This document shows, one piece after another, positions 26,701-53,800 of a DNA stretch of 64,000 nt. The DNA comes from Balanoglossus misakiensis (taxonomy: Eukaryota; Animalia; Hemichordata), in the NCBI GenBank assembly GCA_040954595.2, contig CM082594.2, positions 8,695,512 through 8,759,511 of the forward strand, read 5' to 3'. Position 1 is the first letter of the stretch; every line of letters begins with the position of its first letter. Both the position numbers and the translations under genes were made by a program. The notes under the pieces were generated by a model. That model saw only the letters and a program-made list of their open reading frames with translations, ran no database searches and was not told the origin of the DNA.

Positions 26701-29200
26701 GGCACAAAATAAGTAAGCAGTGTATTTAGAAGTCAACAAACCTAACGGAATGATGAAATGTGGGCAATATCAATTTCGAATAAGTTGGGTTTGGTTTCTT
26801 AGCTATGTCACAATTTTCAATTACGGCGCTTATTTAATTTGGCGATTTCTCATCACAACCTTTATTGGTGTTGCGTTTAATTCCGCTTTGTGTTATTTTA
26901 CCTCATAAGGGCGTGCGATATAGGTGATGGGACATAGAACAGTTGTCATTTAACTGTTCTGATGAACTGTTGAGTCCATGACTGTCGTTGTTTGCTTTTA
27001 AGTCTGGTTGAACCAAATCTGAGCGAAATCGTTTGTTCCGCCTAAAGCGCGTTTGGTATCCAAGTGAACAGTTAGCGCTTGGATATTTTGACAATTTTTC
27101 ATTAATTCCTGGCCAGTAACGCTATATTTCCAGTTTTAAAGCTTCCCTTGATTTCCATGTTTGTTGTTTCAATTATTGGAAGGAATTCAGACTACTGGTC
27201 GTCATGGATACACTGTTGCTTAACCACCCGTGTCACAGTGGACACAACTCCGGTAACTATCAATCAAACCATGTGATGACTGATGTGAAACTTGCTAACC
27301 GTTATTTTTATGATTTGCCTAATAGCAAAGAGTTTCCAATTTCTGACCATTCAAGAGATTATGCCGTCCATATTACGTCGATTCAAGACGGGAAAATTGC
27401 CCCTAAAAGCCTTTCGGGATAAATGTCGCGTAAAAGTTTTAAAATAGTCCCTGGTGGAAATCTGAAGCCAGGCTTTCTCAACACGATTACAGTCATTAGC
27501 ACACCAGTCATGCAAACCACGGTGCATGAACACGCATTACGAAAAGTCACTTATAAACATGTCCAGAAATTAATGGTTTTCCATGTTTATACTTATCTCA
27601 TATATCACATTTTCTGTTGTGACTCTGCCCGCTTCAATAACCTGTTGCTTCTTACCAGCGACGCGAAATACACCACAACAAATCAGAAAATTTTGGCCCG
27701 AGAGCGAATGTAAGATCCACTGGTCATCGCTTTGCCAACCATCATGTAAATGTCAGATCTGATCGACATCGCGTCGTTTTGAGTCACTTTCCACGCAGAC
27801 TTGTCTTTGCCAGTGTTTCTTGGTTCGTGGTCCGGCTGTGTATAGCTCGGATTTGCCTGGTATTATAGAAAAGACAGTTTGCGGTGTCGACTCGGAAAAG
27901 GAAAGGTAGTAAACGACCAGTGAAGTACCTTCACCAGTACATCACTGCAACCTGTCGTCGGTTCAGCCATAGACATCTCCACTGTCTATGGTTCAGCGCG
28001 CACGACACAGGCTAATCCCACCATTTTGAGAGTTTTAACACGTCATCCGAAGGTATTGTGTGGTCGTTGTGTTTGCTTTGTTGCGTGTAGTGACATCTAA
28101 CCTAAATATGAAAAGAACGACTGAAAAATAGGGCTTACTTAATTAAAGTTCCAACAATACGCGAGAGAGAGAAAATTCCTGTTCTGGCGGATCAGTCGTC
28201 AAGGGCATAATAATAGGGTGTTGGGACGAGATATGGCGGGAGTGACTTCTCGTTGGTAGTGACTTTTTATAGGATGCCTGTCGGCCAGCGGTGTAAACGC
28301 CGTCAAAACGAGATGGCGCCGAATCAAAATGACACGGAACTGGAGTGTGGTCAAATTGAGGACCGATACTGGACGATAGGCCGACTCGTTTGTCTCGGTT
28401 ATACGAGTAGTAAACTCGAGGAGGTAGGCCTTAAAAGTTATGAAAATCAGACAAGACGCGTCACCTTGATTTTGTGAATGCAAATATCAGCCAGGATGAT
28501 GGGTTCAGGTGTTCGTGATGAAGGTTAGATGTTCATAATTTTTCGCCTAGGTCTCTTTGTAACACGATGACAAGGGTAGAATTATAATGAACGGCGAACA
28601 CAGTTTATTTCTTACCACTTGTATGAGCTCGGCCGTAAAAATTCTCTCGTTGTCATAAAATGTTGAACAACCAATGTACAAGTACATTGTAACCGTCATA
28701 GTAAACATCATACCATGCCTTGTACAACATACAAGCCAGTAAATCAACAATAGGCGGTGAGCTTAGATCAATCAACCGAACACGCCGTCCAGCGTAAACT
28801 TACAAATTGTAGGGTATCCGTGCAAGAAATATGTGGAATCTTATCTTCGGGGGACCAAGCGTACCACCGTGGTACTGTAATCGCGGAGGTTATCACGTCA
28901 AGCGTATAGTTTTAAAAACCGGCGTGACACCGGTTATATTTCACTGGGTAACGATGTATTCGCTCACCGTTGCTGTGCGTACCCTCTCTTCACCTGAGAG
29001 CCGGATTAAGCTTTTCGACAAGTAGCTTAAAACCCACTTGCCCTTGTGCTGACCTTAACAGCGCGCACAAGAAAAAATCAGATGACAAGCTAGCATTTAT
29101 CAGGATAATTTTGGTAGTGGTTTGGGTAGACTTGGATGGATTGAACTTTAAAACGACGTAGGAACCAGGATTACCGTAGCAAAAACCTCAGCGCCGTCGT
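17800..29200 (-). other. Tract of decayed, apparently intron-less reading frames (possible endogenous viral element or large transposon relic)
   Basis: Single minus-strand frames run through isolated stops: 26143-25385 (about 250 codons, 2 internal stops), 28750-28199 (184 codons, 3 internal stops), and 19364 downward. No recognisable domain; boundaries approximate. Confidence 0.35.
27968..27990. mobile_element. 23-bp P-superfamily-like mini element/excision footprint with 7-bp TSD
   Basis: GTTCAGC-[CATAGACA TCTCCAC TGTCTATG]-GTTCAGC: perfect 8-bp TIR, CANRG..CYNTG termini, perfect 7-bp direct flanks. Confidence 0.6.
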
Positions 29201-29269
29201 CGCCATCGGATAGCGACGTGACGTCGGCATTTGATCGATGTCTAAGCAGGCGCCTCCACTCATTGGCAC

Positions 29270-29295
29270 CGAGGAGCTACTACGGTAGCTCCGTG
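29270..29295. mobile_element. 26-bp P-superfamily-like mini element/excision footprint with 7-bp TSD
   Basis: TTGGCAC-[CGAGGAGCTAC TACG GTAGCTCCGTG]-TTGGTAC: perfect 8-bp inner inverted repeat, right end CCGTG fits CYNTG, flanks match 6/7. Confidence 0.45.
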
Positions 29296-29644
29296 TTGGT
29301 ACGCGGTGATAAATCACTCACCGTGTCCCGAAGTCAAAGCCTCGATTGAAATGATATCCATGCAACTATTGAGAGCCTGCAAACAATTTTAGCCCTTGGA
29401 AATATTTTCATGTTATCAGTTCAACACAACGTACATATGCCTCCATGAGTGAAGTGTCTATACGTCACTCAGTCTGAAGTTACTCTTTTGCTGGTCAAAT
29501 TAAATTCTCCACAACCGTTGATAAATGCCTCAATTAAAAAAAAACAAAGCTTTTAATGTTGAAAAGAATTAATGCGAGAACTAGGATTTGCAAACTGCCG
29601 ACTTTCTGACCAATGATTTCTCCTCTTGCTGTTCGTGTCTGTAG

Positions 29645-32128
29645 GAAATGTATGATCCGCTTAATTTGAGCCAAGTACGTCATGAACAACGCCGGGTTGC
29701 TGCTCTTCTCAACTCATCGGGAGCACTTGATGTTCACCCATTTGTAAGTATCAACCGTGAGTCACTTTGCGAATTTTATGGTGTGTGCGTGCGTAGCTGC
29801 GTGCGACAGGGTCCTGAAATCTAAACTCGACACTCCTTCAAATGGACCAATTTGTGATTTCTCCCGACAAAAAATAGACCATCCATTCCTTTACCATGCA
29901 CTCGTCTATCATGAACCAAATGGTACCTAAAACCGTCCACCACCATTTTTATCAACCCATCGTTGACATCAGTATGACCATATCATGAAAACTAAGAACC
30001 CCGTCTTCTGCGCAAGCTCGTGACAAGCAGAGCGAACACCGGAAAGCTCAGGCCGGCAATAATGGCAAGCATTGTGTTTAGCATTTAGTCGCAACACCGT
30101 GTTGGTTGGTTGCCGGCCGGCAATGTTTTCCAGTTCGTCAATAATTTAGAACCACTTTACACCATCAGTTTATCGTTAGTAATTGAAAAAAGTGAATTAT
30201 CGATGAATTATGAATTAGAAAAGAAGGTATCCGGGGTTTTGCAAGCTTTCCTTCTTGCAACGTCACTACATTAATTGATTAATTTATGACTTGTATGGCT
30301 CCGCAGCGGAACAAAAACACACGTACTTACTAATTATTGCCTGCTACTGAGCTCGTCTGGTCGTCATAGCAACTGCGTATTTGTAGATAAACAAAACCTT
30401 CACCTTACCCTTTTTTGCTTTCAGACTCAACAACATAGAGCGCCTACTGATCAACTCTACAAAAACCAGTATCACAAGACATTTCAGAAAGATGGCCACG
30501 GGGCGTCACTCAACGCCGGGAACTGGGACAACTCCGCCCGAACGCCGGACACCAAGGAACGGGACGATTACGGTCGTAAGCCGCAGCCGAAGAAAACGCT
30601 ACAAGAGACAGCCTACGAACACTTTGACCGCCTTAATTTCCCAAAGAAACCAAGTGAAATTGATAGAAGGAACCAGATAGCTGGGAAGAAGGCCCCAGTG
30701 CAACAGAAATACGACGTTGACCCGAAACGAAAAAATTCAACCTCACGACCATTAGGTGGCGCTCTGCAAAGTAAGGAAGATGATAAGTTACGGGACGTCT
30801 TGCGGATTTCTTCCGGCGATGTCTCCAGGAATGCTCCTTACAGATTGCCGCGGAAGGCGCAGATTACAAGAAATCTCGAGGTAGCAATTGCACGATCAAG
30901 GAGGAACAGGAAAAATGTAGACGGTCGGAATCTGAAGCCTTTAGCAATACCGACTGGACAGAGTGCGTCGGAGAGAAAAAGTACTCCAGTCGCCCGCTTG
31001 AAGTTGAAACACGATGACATAGGGAAAGGGTTGGACCTCGGGAAGCGGATCAGCGAGGCGGAATCGGCCAGGCTGAGTCCTCTTATGATCTCCCCGCTGA
31101 AAACACCAATACACGATCGCGTGGACGTCAAGTCAGAAAGTTCGGGTCGAGGGGTCTCGGCGCAGACTTCGTTGTGCGGGGACGAGGATGCGACGGCAGC
31201 GTCGCGAGCCTCGTCGAGCCTCAGTTCGGGTATCGGCACCTACCGAGCTGACGACGAAGCGACGAAAGAATCCGTGGCGGAGGCGCCGAAAGACGACGGG
31301 CTGTCCCGGCAAACGACCGAGGACACGCTGTGGTTCCAAAGACACGGACACACCAAGTCAGCGTGGTTGAGGAAACGTATGAGGGAAGAAGCTGAAAAAC
31401 GGAGGAAAGATGCCGCGGCTGCTGACGCGAACAAGAACGACACCCGGGCGGGAAAGGGCTTGAACGACATTCGGAAAGCAAGGCAAAGACTTACATCGGA
31501 CGTTTACAAACATGCAAATATAGATGCATACAGACAGGCCTACATCAAAGCGCTGGCGGTGGCGAGGAGTCGCGGTTTACCAAAAGAGCCATGGATGCTG
31601 GGAACGAGGACCAGCCGGGCATTCACTTTCTCCTACTTCACTCACGTGCCCACCTGCATGTGCGGACAATGCCCCCAGAAGCCGAGGGAACCTAAACCGA
31701 AACAAAACGAGATGAAGATGATCTTTGGCGATGTGAAAATGATGGATTACTACAAGTCCCCTGCCGTTGTCAAATCGAAACGTCGATTTGGCCGAAAATC
31801 GCGGGAGGTGTATGCAACGGCGATGAACTCCCTGAACGAGGAGGATGAGGGGGACACCAAGGGCGCCCCCATTAAACTCCCACCCATAGGTAACCATAGC
31901 AACAACTCAGAGGAGTCTCTGTCACAACAGGGTGAAAACGAAGAACGGACTGAAAACGACGACGAGTATAGCGGATGCGACGAACAGAACGATAAACTGT
32001 CTGATTCGTTGCTAAGTGACGATGAAAACGGTGACAGAGGCGCCTTGAAAGATACCAAACGTGTATCGTTCAAAAAACATGACGGGGAAACGTCCGGTTA
32101 TGATTCAGATACTTCAACTGAAATGTAA
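29645..32128 (+). CDS. Uncharacterised basic/low-complexity protein (about 600 aa), at least 2 coding exons
   Basis: Exon 29645-29743 (gtctgtag|...ttt|gtaagt, phase 0, EMYDPLNLSQVRHEQRRVAALL..., ATG at 29648) splices in frame to a 1704-nt exon 30425-32128 (tttcag| TQQHRAPTDQ... continuing into ORF 30698-32128). The acceptor before 29645 implies a further upstream exon. Confidence 0.8.
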
Positions 32129-33875
32129 TGTTCAATAACTATTTGTGGACGATTCGAGACCTCATCGGGGAAAGTGCGAGATCTTCTGATTGAGGATAAT
32201 TTTGTATAATGAAAAATATGACAATGGAAAGCTTTTCTCTGTTGCGATCATCAAAATCAATTTTGCGGCTATAAAATGTAAAGATATTTACCTACAGACT
32301 ATAAAAGTTATATTCTAGTACATATATTCAATTATATCGACCTGATCACGTCATTGTAATTTTTTAGCAAGTTTGAAACTTTCTTGTGATCACATTTACG
32401 GAATGTATTTTAAGTTATTTTAGCTGCTTTTGATTGACAAAATCGTATCGAAAAAACACCCCTAAAAGATACAGCTTTTGGCGCTTTAAAACAATCATGG
32501 CTGTTTCGATTCACGGAACTTATCTTATTGATTTGTCCTTTGAGGTAATCAATTTGAAAATATAAGTTTCATGCATAATCGCCCATTAAAGGACATTGTC
32601 TTTTGTCTAAGTCGATATGTTTATTCTGCTACATATATGGATATAGCCTTGTTTAAAAACGAAAGTTTTGTGGTGCTTAAACTGGTGGAACACCGCTACT
32701 TCTAACCCTGCGTCTGCGTAACACCGGGAGCACACAGACCTGTACGCAGAGCTATGCTACTTCGAAAGATTTATTAAACCCCCCGCGAGGTGGCGTGTAT
32801 CAAGATGCCACACACAGGTGCGCAGATTGCGCACGTGTACGGTGCTCTGATTAATTTGACCTGAAACTCGTGTAAACGTTCACTTTCCAAGTGAATTTCC
32901 GACTGTCTTTGTTCGTCTTCTGGTCGAAATGGATCTGAGTAGGATTTGTGGTGAATTACTGCGTTGGTTTCACGTAAATCACGGCATGATGTGATGAATC
33001 CGTCGAACAACACGTGTACTCTTCAAATAAGGTAAGGTATCATATAATTATTTGCATAAATCAACATATATGCTAATTCAGAGCCAGCAGACCAAGTGTG
33101 TTCATGCAAGGAACAGCCAATCGGGGCCAATCGGGACTTGCAATCATTCCAGAAAACCACTCAGGAAAAACAATTGATTATAACAACTGCTACAATGAAA
33201 CAAATTAATTTTACTGTAGCCAGGAATACAAAGCGAGTAATTTAGTGGTGATTTAGGACTACAGAAAACAGAGTTTGAGATATATCACAAACAGCGCCCT
33301 CTTTGGCAACAAATTGATTTTTGAGAAAGCATATACGTATGGTGTTTTGCAGACCACAAACGTACGCGGACATATTAAGCATATTGAAAAACCCATTTTA
33401 TTTCCCAGAAAAAAAAATTATTTCCCTTCGCCGTAAAATGCACGCCTTTAGACTATAAAGAAAAATGGGTTTCCTCAGTCACAGAATGGTGAAATATCCA
33501 GAGCTCTTAGACTAGTTTTGTATTGACAAGTACTGTGAACCAAGCACAGTAGGGAAAATAAATGATATACACATCACTTTTGAAATTCAAAATTCAACTT
33601 TCAAAGACATTTTTACATACATTTCCAGTGATTTTTCTGGTTGTTTTCAAAGAATAAGATGCTAATTTCCAATTTATTTTGTCAAGTCCTTATATAGCAT
33701 AAATGGTCTATATTTTACATCATCATATTAAGTAATGCTTACAGATGATTTTCCACAAGTAAATTTGATTTATTCATGACTTTCAACTAAGTGTTACCAA
33801 AGTCCCAGATTTTCCAGGGGCCTATGAATCATGGCCTTTGAACTTGACTGCAAAGTTGACACTTTTCTGCTGTAC

Positions 33876-50435
<16,560 letters not shown>

Positions 50436-50817
50436 GTCGGGTTACATTCGGATCGCCGGTCGTGTGAAATACTAGCTCCACTCAAAGTTCTGTCGTGAAT
50501 TGAGCAAATATTTGTCACGTGACTTAATTTATTAAAAATCGTAACAAGGCGATGCTCTGGTAGAAGGCTTTTTGTTTATTTTGCTAACAGGATCAAATCT
50601 TGATTTTCCTGATATGATAACAATGTTGCTAGAACTCCCTAGCATCGAGATTTTGCTCATACTTTGACATATATATTTGAGGAATATACTGGCGCCCTCT
50701 GTTTCTTGCTAGTCAAGTTACCAATGATTCAAAAACTATTCTTTGGCAGCTGAAGATAGAGAGAAAATGACCCCGACCAACAGCGGGGACGTCACTGCGT
50801 CATTTTTGGACATTTTT

Positions 50818-53800
50818 CATTGGGCTGTAGCTCATGGTAATCGTCAAAAATCGACAATTTTTCGACTTCGCGAATTTTCAAAATTTGGCCATTTTTTTTG
50901 AGAAAAAGCATGGATTATAGCTCATGAAAATCGTCAACAATCGATAATTTTTCGACTTCGCGAATTTTAAAAATCTGGCCATTTTTTGAGAAAAAGCATG
51001 GGTTATAGCTCATGAAAATCGTCAAAAATCGACAATTTTTCGACTTCGAGAATTTTCAAAATCTGGCCATTTTTGAGAAAAACCATGGGTTATAGCTCAG
51101 GAAATCGTCCAAAAATGACAATTTTTCGACTTCCCGGCATTTCAAAATTTCATCGATTTTTGACAAAAACCATGGGTTATAGCTCAGGAAATCGTCCAAA
51201 AATGACAATTTTTCGACTTCCCGGCATGTCAAAATTTCATCGATTTTTGACAAAAACCATGGGTTATAGCTCAGGAAATCGTCCAAAAATGACAATTTTT
51301 CGACTTCCCGGCATGTCAAAATTTCATCGATTTTTGACAAAAACCATGGGTTATAGCTCAGGAAATCGTCCAAAAATGACAATTTTTCGACTTCCCGGCA
51401 TTTCAAAATTTCATCGATTTTTGACAAAAACCATGGGTTATAGCTCAGGAAATCGTCCAAAAATGACAATTTTTCGACTTCCCGGCATTTCAAAATTTCA
51501 TCGATTTTTGACAAAAACCATGGGTTATAGCTCAGGAAATCGTCCAAAAATGACAATTTTTCGACTTCCCGGCATTTCAAAATTTCATCGATTTTTGACA
51601 AAAACCATGGGTTATAGCTCAGGAAATCGTCCAAAAATGACAATTTTTCGACTTCCCGGCATTTCAAAATTTCATCGATTTTTGACAAAAACCATGGGTT
51701 ATAGCTCAGGAAATCGTCCAAAAATGACAATTTTTCGACTTCCCGGCATTTCAAAATTTCATCGATTTTTTGACAAAAACCATGGGTTATAGCTCAGGAA
51801 ATCGTCCAAAAATGACAATTTTTCGACTTCCCGGCATTTCAAAATTTCATCGATTTTTGACAAAAACCATGGGTTATAGCTCAGGAAAACGTCCAAAAAT
51901 GACAATTTTTCGACTTCCCGGCATTTCAAAATTTCATCGATTTTTGACAAAAACCATGGGTTATAGCTCAGGAAAACGTCCAAAAATGACAATTTTTCGA
52001 CTTCCCGGCATTTCAAAATTTCATCGATTTTTGACAAAAACCATGGGTTATAGCTCAGGAAATCGTCCAAAAATGACAATTTTTCGACTTCCCGGCATTT
52101 CAAAATTTCATCGATTTTTTGACAAAAACCATGGGTTATAGCTCAGGAAATCGTCCAAAAATGACAATTTTTCGACTTCCCGGCATTTCAAAATTTCATC
52201 GATTTTTGACAAAAACCATGGGTTATAGCTCAGGAAATCGTCCGAAAATGACAATTTTTCGACTTCCCGGCATTTCAAAATTTCATCGATTTTTGACAAA
52301 AACCATGGGTTATAGCTCAGGAAATCGTCCAAAAATGACAATTTTTCGACTTCCCGGCATTTCAAAATTTCATCGATTTTTGACAAAAACCATGGGTTAT
52401 AGCTCAGGAAATCGTCCAAAAATGACAATTTTTCGACTTCCCGGCATTTCAAAATTTCATCGATTTTTGACAAAAACCATGGGTTATAGCTCAGGAAATC
52501 GTCCAAAAATGACAATTTTTCGACCTCCCGGCATTTCAAAATTTCATCGATTTTTGACAAAAACCATGGGTTATAGCTCAGGAAATCGTCCAAAAATGAC
52601 AATTTTTCGACCTCCCGGCATTTCAAAATTTCATCGATTTTTGACAAAAACCATGGGTTATAGCTCAGGAAATCGTCCAAAAATGACAATTTTTCGACTT
52701 CCCGGCATTTCAAAATTTCATCGATTTTTGACAAAAACCATGGGTTATAGCTCAGGAAATCGTCCAAAAATGACAATTTTTCGACTTCCCGGCATTTCAA
52801 AATTTCATCGATTTTTGACAAAAACCATGGGTTATAGCTCAGGAAATCGTCCGAAAATGACAATTTTTCGACTTCCCGGCATTTCAAAATTTCATCGATT
52901 TTTGACAAAAAACCATGGGTTATAGCTCAGGAAATCGTCCGAAAATGACAATTTTTCGACTTCCCGGCATTTCAAAATTTCATCGATTTTTGACAAAAAA
53001 CCATGGGTTATAGCTCAGGAAATCGTCCGAAAATGACAATTTTTCGACTTCCCGGCATTTCAAAATTTCATCGATTTTTTGCCAAAAACCATGGGTTATA
53101 GCTCAGGAAATCGTCCAAAAATGACAATTTTTCGACTTCCCGGCATTTCAAAATTTCATCGATTTTTGACAAAAACCATGGGTTATAGCTCAGGAAATCG
53201 TCCAAAAATGACAATTTTTCGACTTCCCGGCATTTCAAAATTTCATCGATTTTTGACAAAAACCATGGGTTATAGCTCAGGAAATCGTCCAAAAATGACA
53301 ATTTTTCGACTTCCCGGCATTTCAAAATTTCATCGATTTTTGACAAAAACCATGGGTTATAGCTCAGGAAATCGTCCAAAAATGACAATTTTTCGACTTC
53401 CCGGCATTTCAAAATTTCATCGATTTTTGACAAAACCATGGGTTATAGCTCAGGAAATCGTCCAAAAATGACAATTTTTCGACTTCCCGGCATTTCAAAA
53501 TTTCATCGATTTTTGACAAAAACCATGGGTTATAGCTCAGGAAATCGTCCAAAAATGACAATTTTTCGACTTCCCGGCATTTCAAAATTTCATCGATTTT
53601 TGACAAAAACCATGGGTTATAGCTCAGGAAATCGTCCAAAAATGACAATTTTTCGACTTCCCGGCATTTCAAAATTTCATCGATTTTTGACAAAAACCAT
53701 GGGTTATAGCTCAGGAAATCGTCCAAAAATGACAATTTTTCGACTTCCCGGCATTTCAAAATTTCATCGATTTTTGACAAAAACCATGGGTTATAGCTCA

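Noticed and set aside
30838-32073. Several minus-strand ORFs overlapping the large + exon
   Set aside because: Antisense shadows of a GC-richer coding exon
51123-51139. CENP-B-box-like TTCG...CGG in the monomer
   Set aside because: Spacing is one base short and the conserved A and final G of TTCGNNNNANNCGGG are missing
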